Assembly: GCA_942491345.1 (NCBI GenBank)
Contig: CALOAN010000011.1
Location: forward strand, 53,113 to 117,112
Source: an uncultured actinomycete
GTDB taxonomy: Bacteria > Actinomycetota > Acidimicrobiia > Spongiisociales > UBA5794
Reading direction: 5' to 3'
Length of the DNA stretch: 64,000 nt
Both the position numbers and the translations under genes were made by a program. The notes beneath the pieces were generated by a model. That model made no database searches. It was not told where the DNA came from and was given only the letters and a program-made list of their open reading frames with translations. Shown piece by piece: positions 10,701-19,600 of this stretch. Position 1 is the first letter of the stretch. Each line of letters opens with the position of its first letter.

Positions 10701-11159
10701 TTATTTCTCCTTCTCTTGCTGAAACACACGCCCGGGAAAGCGCATCAATTCCTTGATTTGGGCTTTCCTGATTTTCTGGTCATGAAGATTTTTCTTTTCG
10801 AAAGCTTCTCCCAGCTTGGCCATCAGATCTTCCAGCTTGATGGGTTTCAAAAGATAATCGAACGCCCCTAGCTTCATCCCTTCGATGCTGGTTTCCATCG
10901 ATCCGTGCCCCGTCAGGAGAATCACTTCCGCCAGCGGCTGATGGCGTTTGATTTCCCGCAGGGTTTCAATGCCATCCATTCCGCCCGGCATTTTGATATC
11001 CAGAATAATCACGTCGAAGCGTCGTTTTTCCAAAGCCGCCAGCGCTTCTTCGCCGCTGGTGACACCGACCGTATCGATGTTGCGCTTCTGCAGACGCTTG
11101 ACCAGTGTTTCCAGAAAATCGACTTCATCGTCAACGACCAAGATGCTGAAATAATCCAT
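10701..11159 (-). CDS. single-domain response regulator (paralog of 3428-3883)
   Basis: MDYFSILVVDDEVDFLETLVKRLQKRNIDTVGVTSGEEAL, near-identical to copy 1. Confidence 0.92.
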   Translation of the reverse strand: MDYFSILVVDDEVDFLETLVKRLQKRNIDTVGVTSGEEALAALEKRRFDVIILDIKMPGGMDGIETLREIKRHQPLAEVILLTGHGSMETSIEGMKLGAFDYLLKPIKLEDLMAKLGEAFEKKNLHDQKIRKAQIKELMRFPGRVFQQEKEK

Positions 11160-11181
11160 CTGTGCCTCCCGTCTTGGTGAT

Positions 11182-12844
11182 TCATTTTTTTTCCGGAATC
11201 ACAATCGGAATCTCAACCGTAAACACGGCGCCCTTATCGGGGTTGTTCTTCACGTGAATACCGCCGCCCATTTTGGCGATAATGTTGTGGCTGACCCAGA
11301 GACCGAGGCCCGTTCCCTTGCCGGGGTCCTTGGTGGTGAAAAAGGGGTCGAAAATCTTGCGCATCATGTCCTCACTGAGTCCCGGACCGTCATCCTTGAT
11401 GGTCACCACAATATGGTCATCGCTGCGCCAGCTGGCCACCTCGATGGTGCCGTTGCTGCCGATGGCGTCGATGGCGTTGGTAAGAAGATTCAAAAAGACC
11501 TGCTGGAGCTGGGCCTGGTCCCCGGCGATAATCGGCACCGTTTCCGCCAGATCCACCTGAATGTCGATATTGTTGATGCGGGCATGGTTTTCAAGAATCG
11601 TGATGGTCTGGTCGATGGTGCTGTTGACGTCCACGTCCTCCAGACGGGGCTCCATTTTACGGGCATAACCCAACATATTATGGACCACTTTGCGCGCCCG
11701 TTCAACATGCTGCTCGATTTTGGCAATGGATTGCCGGAATTCCGCGATATTGGCACTTTGCTTGAGCCCCTCCTCCTCCAGAAGATCTTCCATCCAGCCC
11801 GTCTTCTGGAGGATGACGGCCAGGGGGTTGTTGATCTCGTGGGCCACGCCGGCGGCCATTTTCCCCAGGGCCGCCAGCTTGTCCGACTGGACCAGCTGGG
11901 CATTGAGTTCGATCATTTCCCGATCGCTTTTCTGCAGCCGGTTGATGGTGAGCCGGGTCGTAAAAATGGTGGTGGCCACGATCCCCAGAACACCCAAGGG
12001 TAATGATGAAGATCTCCATCTGACGCAGCGCAAAAAGACGCGACATGAGCTCCAGGGGCTGCTGGTTGATGATCAGCAGCCACTTGTTGTCATTCAACCA
12101 GCTGCCGGCATAAAACCGTTCCGTGCCGGCGGCGTCCTCCAGTTCGATCACCGTCACCCGACCGCCGAACTGCCGGGTGTCGATGGTGGTCTGGCCCAGC
12201 ACATCGCCGTCGAAACGCGGGCGGGTCTGGAAAACCCCCTCCCGGTTGACCAGGTAGGCGTCGCCCGTGCGCCCGATCTGGGCCGACCGCACGATCTCCT
12301 CGAAACGGTTGGGGTCGATGGTGGCCCGCAGGATCCAGGCCTGCTGGTTCTCATGGCGCCGCACCGCGATGATGAAGTGCGGCTGTTGGCGGAACCCCAT
12401 GTAGACGTCACTTTTGTAATGCCCCTTGATCATGACCTCGTTGAACCAGGATTGATCGAGGTAGTTGCGCCCTCGCAAATCATAAGGGCCGATATACGCC
12501 CTGTGGGCCCCGCGGCTGTCGATAATGCCGAGATCCACGAAGGCGCCGGCCCGGTTGTTCATCACTTCGAAAATGCGGGCCAGATTCTTCTCGTCGATCA
12601 TCTGCGCGAAGTCATGGGTATCCGCCATGGCATTCAGAATGGCCGTGCGCTCCTTCAGAAACAGATCCACCGCCTCCGCCTGGGCCTGGGCCCGGTAGCG
12701 GATCTGTTCCCGGGTCATTTCGCGGCCGGCACTTTCGAACTGGTAATAGAGCACACCCCCCAGGATCAGCAGCGGCGTCAGCGACATCACCAGGGTCAGG
12801 GTAATGATTTTACGCTTGAGCGTGCGATACAGGCCTTCTTTCAT
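11182..12844 (-). pseudogene. sensor histidine kinase HK3 (paralog of HK1) with a +1 frameshift near 11996-11997; may be a sequencing error
   Basis: ORFs 11702-12844 (sensor half) and 11182-12033 (kinase half) join at ACC CTTG GGT, against ACC CTG GGC in HK1. Confidence 0.85.
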
Positions 12845-12881
12845 GGTCTGCTCCTGTTCCGTCTGGCCCGCGTGGCGTGCA

Positions 12882-14543
12882 TCAGCCGCCGTTCGGCCAG
12901 GGCAGCCACTGCCAGTAGCCGAAGATCGTCCAGAACCAGAGCACCAGCCAGCCCAGAATCGTCACCGGAATCCCATATTTGATGAAATCCATGACGTCCA
13001 GCAGGCGTTCGCCGGTTTCCGGATCCCGCCCCATGCCGAAACAGATGGCGTTGTTGGGGGTCCCCACCACCAGGAAGTTGGCGAAGGAGGAGGAAAAGGA
13101 CGTGATCAAGCCCACCTTCCAGACACTGACGTTGGCCAGGGTCGCCATGGGCAGCACGACGGGACCTAAAGCGGCCACGGTGGCACCGTCGCTCATGAAG
13201 TTGGTCATGGTGCCGGTGAGCAGGCTGACGCCCACCAGAAGACCGTCGCCCTGGGTCAGCACGTCGGGCAGCAGTCCGACGAAGGAGCTGGCCAGCCACA
13301 GGGCGCCGCCCGAAAACTTGAGGGCCACTCCCATGGCGCTGGCAGCGGCGTAAAGCCCCACCACGTCGAAGGCCACCCCGTCCTGCACATCCTCCCAGGT
13401 AATGATCCGGCACAGAAACATGGCGACGACGGCGTAAAGCGTCGGTCCCCCGAGTCCGGAATGTTCGCCGAGCACGATCCAGGCGATCACCAGGATCACC
13501 AGGATGACGGCCATCATGGCCTCGCGCCCACCGAATTTGGGCATGCGGGCCACCTCGGCCTTGACCACTTCACTGGGATTCATCTCCGGGACTAAAAACT
13601 TCGGTTTGCAGCGCAGGTACATGTACCCCCCGATGGCCACGGATATGAGGGGCACGAAGGGCATGCCGGTGATCATCCACTGCAGAAACGAAATCGGGGC
13701 CCCGTATTCCATCAGGTAGCCGACCATGATGGCGTTGCGCCCCCCGGCCGCCGGGGATCCCGGGCCCCCGTGGTTGGCGGCAAAGGTGACGCCCAGCAGG
13801 AGAAATATGGCCAGGGCGCGATCCTTGTCGACGCCGTGCATCTTGCAGGTGACTTTGTAGATGCCCATCAGGACCGGCACCAGGAGGGCCACCAGGGCGT
13901 GCTCGGATAGAAAACTGGCGGACATGGCCAGCATGGGCAGGAAGATAAACGCAAAGGCCTTGGTGCTCTTGATACGGCTCAACAGAATGAGCCCGATGCG
14001 TTTATCCAGGCCGGTTTTGGCCACACCGACCGCCACGACTAGAATCCCGAAAACGAAGAATACCGCATCGGTCATGTAGGCCTTGGAGATTTCTTCCATG
14101 GGCAGAATCGCGAACAAGTATAGCAAGACACCCACCAGGATATCGGTGGCCCCCAGGGGCAGGGATTCCGTTCCCCACAGGAAGGCTGCCAGGAAAAGGA
14201 TACCCACCGTGAGAATGGCCAATCGGGCCACTTCTTCCGGCGTGAGAAGCGGTTTCGGGTGGTGATTCGTTTTGACGGGCTCTCCCTGCTTTTCGGCGCG
14301 GAAGGCTTCCGGCCGCAACTTCTGGTTGACCGTATCGGTGATCGTGCGGGCGTCACGCCCGAGCTTGTATCCCGGGGGGTCGATCGTGCGGACCAGATCC
14401 AGCATGCTCTGGGGTGGCGGTAAAACGGCGAGCGCCGCAAAGGCCAGGGCCGCAATCAAAATCAGCAGGGGTTTGTACCCCGGACGATTTTTCCATGTCC
14501 ACCCCGGGTCCGAACCTTTGTCGATGGGCATATGATGTGCCAT
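12882..14543 (-). CDS. DASS/SLC13 family anion transporter (copy 2)
   Basis: 553 aa, same length as copy 1 and collinear with it; same motifs. Confidence 0.88.
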   Translation of the reverse strand: MAHHMPIDKGSDPGWTWKNRPGYKPLLILIAALAFAALAVLPPPQSMLDLVRTIDPPGYKLGRDARTITDTVNQKLRPEAFRAEKQGEPVKTNHHPKPLLTPEEVARLAILTVGILFLAAFLWGTESLPLGATDILVGVLLYLFAILPMEEISKAYMTDAVFFVFGILVVAVGVAKTGLDKRIGLILLSRIKSTKAFAFIFLPMLAMSASFLSEHALVALLVPVLMGIYKVTCKMHGVDKDRALAIFLLLGVTFAANHGGPGSPAAGGRNAIMVGYLMEYGAPISFLQWMITGMPFVPLISVAIGGYMYLRCKPKFLVPEMNPSEVVKAEVARMPKFGGREAMMAVILVILVIAWIVLGEHSGLGGPTLYAVVAMFLCRIITWEDVQDGVAFDVVGLYAAASAMGVALKFSGGALWLASSFVGLLPDVLTQGDGLLVGVSLLTGTMTNFMSDGATVAALGPVVLPMATLANVSVWKVGLITSFSSSFANFLVVGTPNNAICFGMGRDPETGERLLDVMDFIKYGIPVTILGWLVLWFWTIFGYWQWLPWPNGG

Positions 14544-14698
14544 GCCTCCTCCTCCAAAATCTTCTTAAATCCGTTATGTCGAATGGGTTTATTTTACTTG
14601 CCGGGCAGAGCGTCGCTTCCTTCCTGAAACGACATCATGCCGCCCCTGTATACCGCTTATCGATGCCGCGCCATTGAATCGCAAAGCGGCAGTCACCG

Positions 14699-15253
14699 TT
14701 ATAGTGCACAAGCCTTGATGGACGCGGTAATGGCCGCGAACACATCCGTCAACCGCAGGATGCCGACAATATCCGCCTTCCGCCGCACCAGCAGGGATTG
14801 ATAGCCCCCCACAACCAACTGATGAATGGCATGGTCCAGGGTTGCCTCGACATCGATGGTTTCCCCGTCCGACGGCACGTGCATGAAATCCTGGACGTGC
14901 TGCGCACCGGCCTTCTTGCAGATATCGTGCATGGCGCCGCCCCAGAGATTGTATTTTTCCATCAGCGATTTCATGAAAGCGCGTGTCATTCCGGTATGGG
15001 CTAAGCTTTCGCGCGCCAGGAAGGTCTCGTATTTGGGCTCCAGCGACCTGAGGACTTCCGTCTGGCCGATCTTCCCAACAACATGCCCCCGGGCATCGAG
15101 AACAAGGACGGCCCGTTGCGGATGGCGGTTGGCGTCAAATTTCTTCTGGGATTCCTCAAGGGCCAGGACGGCTTCATAGAGCGTGGCATCTTCGGATACC
15201 GTGGCGTAGTCCGCAAGCGGGATCATCAGATTTTCAATCTTCTGTGAATTCAC
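14699..15253 (-). CDS. stand-alone CBS-pair domain protein
   Basis: LMIPLADYATVSEDATLYEAV...VLVLDARGHVVGKI...ATLDHAIHQLVVGGYQSLLV...IVGILRLTDVF; its GTG start overlaps the upstream stop (GTGA). Confidence 0.82.
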   Translation of the reverse strand: MNSQKIENLMIPLADYATVSEDATLYEAVLALEESQKKFDANRHPQRAVLVLDARGHVVGKIGQTEVLRSLEPKYETFLARESLAHTGMTRAFMKSLMEKYNLWGGAMHDICKKAGAQHVQDFMHVPSDGETIDVEATLDHAIHQLVVGGYQSLLVRRKADIVGILRLTDVFAAITASIKACAL

Positions 15254-15681
15254 GACAATTCTCCTTCGCGGTAGTTGGGTCCACCAGCTTCGGTAAAATC
15301 CTGAACAGACGATGACAGCAGCTTCCCGACAGTTTCTCTGATACGTTCGATGCTGTCCCCTGTTTTCTCGATAACCGTTACCCAGTCGCTATCGATAGCG
15401 CCGATGACATCCTCGTCGTAACGCGAATGGGTATGGAGGACGATGGGCAGCCGGCCATTGTTTTTACGCAAGGCCATAAGCAGCGGCACCCCTTCGAGTC
15501 CCGGTAAATTTGGATCCAGGATCAACAGATCGATGTTGCCCGCGGGGCTGGCCATCTTGAGAACATGATCACCATTGGCGGCAAGTTTCACGCGATACCC
15601 CGACGCCATCATCTCCCGCATCAAGAACATGCGCACATGGGAATTACGATCAGCGATTAGAATCATGTTCGAAGCTGCCAC
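15250..15681 (-). CDS. atypical stand-alone receiver-domain protein (copy 2)
   Basis: ILIADRNSHVRMFL...DLLILDPNLPG...IVLHTH...VIEK; GTG start with RBS AAGGGG. Confidence 0.78.
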   Translation of the reverse strand: MAASNMILIADRNSHVRMFLMREMMASGYRVKLAANGDHVLKMASPAGNIDLLILDPNLPGLEGVPLLMALRKNNGRLPIVLHTHSRYDEDVIGAIDSDWVTVIEKTGDSIERIRETVGKLLSSSVQDFTEAGGPNYREGELS

Positions 15682-15800
15682 CGGACACCCCTTATTCCAG
15701 TAAATGCGGCCATTCCCCCGGGGAAGCAAATACGCCTCGCAAGCGCCGTGCTATGATGAAGATCTTCGCATCGTCGCATCAAAGGCTTTTGTCGTCTTTC

Positions 15801-15816
15801 AGCAATAGATATGCCA
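15801..15816 (-). promoter_or_regulatory. sigma54 -24/-12 promoter (island unit 3: REC*-CBS-DASS2-HK3-RR)
   Basis: Minus strand TGGCATATCTATTGCT. Confidence 0.82.
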
Positions 15817-15911
15817 CCGCGAAACAAACGCGACATTCAACTCTATAGCACTGTATTTATTGTATTTTTTAATTTGAGAACATGCTCAATTTGAAAGACA
15901 GCGGGGACACT

Positions 15912-15951
15912 TGTCGGTATTTTTTACATGATGATAAAAATAATTACGACA
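15912..15951. promoter_or_regulatory. putative paired UAS for a sigma54 activator
   Basis: TGTCGGTATTTTTTACA followed by the inverted copy ATAAAAATAATTACGACA; 96 bp from the promoter. Confidence 0.7.
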
Positions 15952-16037
15952 AAACGAGAACACCGCGCGGGAGAACCGGCCGGTAAAAGACGGTGTGGGG
16001 AATTCGAGAACCGCCATATGGCCGGGGCAAGGCTCGT

Positions 16038-18680
16038 TTAGAGATCTGGTTGGATTAGGGGGTCGCCATTCTCACTGGACGACGCATCCGTCAGCGACCG
16101 GATGTCTTTTTGCATCTTGGACCGGTAGAAATCGACCATGGACCGATTGGTCATGATCATGTCCAGTTGCCGGGTGTGGAGCGTCAGGTACCCCAATATT
16201 TTGATGCGATCCAGCATGTAGGCCTTTTCAAACCCTTCGATCCGGGCGATCAGGTTATCTTCTTTCACGCTCACCCGGAAATTGTTTTCTTCCAGCAGTT
16301 CCGCGATGAAATGAATGCGTTTGATGCGTCGGCGGTCGTCGGCCGCTCCGCCTTTGAACTGAAAGCCGATATAGTTCTCCGGGGTGCGATCGCTGACCAG
16401 CGCTTCCAGGGTGGAGAAATGATACCCCAACCGGGAATTGAGGTTGCAGTAGTGTTTGGAAATCATGAAATAGTTGCGGTCCGCGTAGCGCGAGCGGACG
16501 CCGGGGGTCAAAGCGGGATTGGCCGTGGACTGGAACATGACCGCCATCAACCCTTTGCCGTCCAGCGCCGGGGGGCCGTCCCAGGGAATGGCCGCAAACC
16601 CGTCCCAGAACGCCAGCATGGGAATCGATGCGATGTTGTCGAGTCGGATATATTTCCCCCGGACCTCTTCCTTGAAGCCGTCGTCCAGGTTCAAAATCCA
16701 CCACTGCATGGGGGCATGGAAGTAGAGCTGCTTGCTGGAGCGCTCGTTGAAATGATGGTCCCGGCCGAAATGAAACATCTCATGAACGGACTTTTCATGA
16801 ATGAACCGTGTGATGTCATGGAACGTGCGACAGTTGGCCGGTGCAAACTCGGAGGCATCCGGGTCCAGCAGGTTCAAGGGCACGATCAGGCGCCCCACCT
16901 GCGCCAGGGTCTCGTAAACCGGGCTGCCGACCATCAGGCTGGTTTTCGGCGGGGACGACGCCAGCAGCGCTTCGATACGGCCGGCGTGAATGGCGCGATT
17001 CCCGGCATCCAGCGTGATCAGGGTTCCGGGCTGAAGTTCTTCCAGTGCATCGGTAACACCGAAAAGGGCCGGCAGCTCGAACTCACGCGCCACATTGGCC
17101 AGGTGCCCCGTAAAACTGCCATGCGCCGTAATCACGCCGGCCGCCCGGGTCAAAAGAGACGCCCAGCGGGGGTGCGCTTCGCGCGTCAACAGGATGGCCC
17201 CTTGCGGAAAGGCCAGCATATCCAGCCCGCTGTCCACGCGGTGAATCGGGCCGACCGCGATGCCCGGGCAGGCCGTAATGCCGCCTGCCAAGAGCACACT
17301 GTCTCCCTGTGCCGAATTGAGTGGACCGTCTGAGGATGGCGCCCGGGAGGGCATCTGCAGCAGGGGCCGGCATTGCAGGATGCAAATCTCCCCCTGCTGA
17401 TCGGTGGCCCACTCGATATCCTGGGGCGCGCCATAGTGGTCCTCCAACTGGACCGCCGTGGCCGCCAGGGCCAGGGCCTGCGCATCTTCGAGCGAGGCCC
17501 GGAGGCGAAGCCCCTCATCCATGATATCCAGCCGGCAAACCCCTTCTTCGGGATAACAGGTAAAGCGGCGTTCTTTGGGGCGAATCTCCCGTTGGACGAT
17601 GCGCTGCGGACGACCGCGGTCGACGACGAAAAGATCGCCGTCCACCGAACCGTCCACCACGGCTTTGGGAAGCCCCCAGGCGGAATTGATCACGATATTG
17701 CGGTCGTTGAGGTCGAAGGGGTTGCGGGAGTACATCACCCCGCCGGCCACCGTATCCAGCATGGCAAGACAGCCGACACACATGGCAATGTCTTCATCCC
17801 GGAAGCCTTTGTTGAGCCGGTAGGTGATGGCCGGCAGGCTGTATTTACTGGCTACGATTTGCTTGTAGGCATCGAAAAGACTATCGCCGCTTACGTTTAA
17901 TTCCGAACGGTGCATCCCCGCAAAAGAGCTGCCTTTTTCATCTTCACCCAGGGCGCTGCTGCGCATGGCCGCCGTCAACCCGGGGCCGTGGGGCGCCGCC
18001 ATGACGTCCCAGGCCTGTCGTATGGCGGTGGCCAGATCGGGCGGCATTTCCGACTGGACGATCAGTTTGTCCAGGCGGGCGTGAAGCCGGTAGAGATTCT
18101 CGATGTCGTCCAGATCGGCCGATTGCATCAAGCGGTCGATTTCCGCTTTGAGATCGTTGTGGGCCAGAAAACGGTCGTACGCAAAGGCGGTGATCACAAA
18201 GCCGGAAGGAACGCGCAGGCCGAGCCGGTTTTTCATTTCCCCGAGATTGGCCATCTTGCTGCCCACCAGATCGACCATGTCCTTGTCGATGTCATCCAGC
18301 ACAATGACCAGGCGCTCATCCAGCGCTTTCCTTTCACGGCCCATCATCGCGTCGATCTGTTGGCTGATCGCTTTGAAACGCGGCGTCAGGGCATCGTATT
18401 TTTCGGGTGCCAGCCGTTGCAGATTGTCCACCATCTGAAAAACGCTCACCGAAGCGCTGGTGACACAGGCGCGCACAAAGGCCATACCGAAAGGCCGGTT
18501 TCCCTGAAGCGCGCCTTCGATTTCCGCCATGATTTCCAGGGCTTTGTTGTTGGCGCTGATAAGCTGTTTAAAATAGGCGTAGCGTTCACGGAAAACCAGG
18601 CGCAGGTTATCCACATCGACGGTGTCGACCGTCTCCTGTTTTGGAAAAATTTTGCGGATGATCTGTCGAAAGTTGATCAT
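16038..18680 (-). CDS. PEP synthase/PPDK-like protein: ATP-grasp + phospho-His swivel domain + non-canonical C-terminal domain
   Basis: VGSKMANLGEM, RVPSGFVIT, MRSSALGED..SFAG, PQDIEWA and LQCRP (nucleotide-binding domain); GSFTGHLANVARE (phospho-His domain). The C-terminus does not show the PEP/pyruvate-binding barrel motifs. Confidence 0.85.
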   Translation of the reverse strand: MINFRQIIRKIFPKQETVDTVDVDNLRLVFRERYAYFKQLISANNKALEIMAEIEGALQGNRPFGMAFVRACVTSASVSVFQMVDNLQRLAPEKYDALTPRFKAISQQIDAMMGRERKALDERLVIVLDDIDKDMVDLVGSKMANLGEMKNRLGLRVPSGFVITAFAYDRFLAHNDLKAEIDRLMQSADLDDIENLYRLHARLDKLIVQSEMPPDLATAIRQAWDVMAAPHGPGLTAAMRSSALGEDEKGSSFAGMHRSELNVSGDSLFDAYKQIVASKYSLPAITYRLNKGFRDEDIAMCVGCLAMLDTVAGGVMYSRNPFDLNDRNIVINSAWGLPKAVVDGSVDGDLFVVDRGRPQRIVQREIRPKERRFTCYPEEGVCRLDIMDEGLRLRASLEDAQALALAATAVQLEDHYGAPQDIEWATDQQGEICILQCRPLLQMPSRAPSSDGPLNSAQGDSVLLAGGITACPGIAVGPIHRVDSGLDMLAFPQGAILLTREAHPRWASLLTRAAGVITAHGSFTGHLANVAREFELPALFGVTDALEELQPGTLITLDAGNRAIHAGRIEALLASSPPKTSLMVGSPVYETLAQVGRLIVPLNLLDPDASEFAPANCRTFHDITRFIHEKSVHEMFHFGRDHHFNERSSKQLYFHAPMQWWILNLDDGFKEEVRGKYIRLDNIASIPMLAFWDGFAAIPWDGPPALDGKGLMAVMFQSTANPALTPGVRSRYADRNYFMISKHYCNLNSRLGYHFSTLEALVSDRTPENYIGFQFKGGAADDRRRIKRIHFIAELLEENNFRVSVKEDNLIARIEGFEKAYMLDRIKILGYLTLHTRQLDMIMTNRSMVDFYRSKMQKDIRSLTDASSSENGDPLIQPDL

Positions 18681-18847
18681 GCGGCCCGGTGACGTTTGCT
18701 GGTTAGGGTGGATGGTGACGGTATCATTGCACAAGGGCATCCGGCAAGGGATGCGCAGGCGCGGCGTTTTAAAGCGCCCGCCTTCTGCCAATTCGGATAA
18801 ACAAAAGCCGTAAACGGATCATCGCATCCCCGCTGACGGCTTTCTTG

Positions 18848-18879
18848 AAAAAAGCGCCGGGCCGCTTTCGGCCCGGCGC
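18848..18879 (-). terminator. intrinsic terminator after the TauE-accessory gene
   Basis: Minus strand GCGCCGGGCCG-AAAG-CGGCCCGGCGC-TTTTTT: perfect 11-bp stem plus a 6-U tract. Confidence 0.85.
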
Positions 18880-18913
18880 CGGTCACAGCAGCGATCGGGT
18901 GGCCGCCGCACGG

Positions 18914-19600
18914 TCAATGTTCGAGGCGCAGCCCCCATCCTTCAAACAGGAACATGATGCCAAACCCATACCAGAGCGTATAGAGCACGTAAAACACCAA
19001 CGAAAAGATAACGATGCCGTAGCGATCCGATATGCTCTGGGGTTCGATGCGGTAGTAATTATAGGCGGTTTCGATGGCTTTTTGGTTGATGGTGGCCACG
19101 ATCTTGGCGGCCTTGAACTGTTTCTGGCGTTTGAGTTCCTTTTCCATGGCATTACTCGCCGCCCACCAGTTGTAGAGAACCTGCCGTTCTTCGTATCCAT
19201 ACTTGTCGGACACGGCAGTCCCCTTGTTGTGATACATCAGATCGGCGTCCTCGAGACTGACCGCGAGCATTGCCCCCAGGTCTCCGTCCAGTGAGAGCGC
19301 GGCACCCGAGACGTTGACCAGCGCGCCCCCTTTCTGGAAAAGCAGGGATGTCTGGCGGGCCTGGGTTTCATCCTGCATGGTCAAGGTCAGCTTGACATTG
19401 CTGCCGGCGTAGGTTTTGGCTTCGTCCTGCATGGCCGGAATATAATAGGCGGACCCCTTGGATATGGAGTTGTAGAGCGAATCGAGATAGTCGAGACCGT
19501 TATGCCCTTTGAAAATCGGCATGAACATCACGATCAAGATCACCACAAAAATCGCCATCATGCCGGCGCCGCTGTAGAATTCTCCTTTTTTTGCGATCAT
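18914..19600 (-). CDS. hypothetical membrane protein (N- and C-terminal TM helices, large extracytoplasmic loop), coupled to the TauE gene
   Basis: 228 aa; hydrophobic segments at both ends; ATGA overlap with the TauE stop. Confidence 0.8.
   Translation of the reverse strand: MIAKKGEFYSGAGMMAIFVVILIVMFMPIFKGHNGLDYLDSLYNSISKGSAYYIPAMQDEAKTYAGSNVKLTLTMQDETQARQTSLLFQKGGALVNVSGAALSLDGDLGAMLAVSLEDADLMYHNKGTAVSDKYGYEERQVLYNWWAASNAMEKELKRQKQFKAAKIVATINQKAIETAYNYYRIEPQSISDRYGIVIFSLVFYVLYTLWYGFGIMFLFEGWGLRLEH

Noticed and set aside
18728-18850. Possible fifth sigma54 promoter (CGGATGCCCTTGTGCA) with a UAS-like 17-mer at 18834-18850, 91 bp away
   Set aside because: The -24 element is poor, the UAS matches only 11/17 and overlaps the terminator A tract. 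The spacing is suggestive but the support is insufficient.
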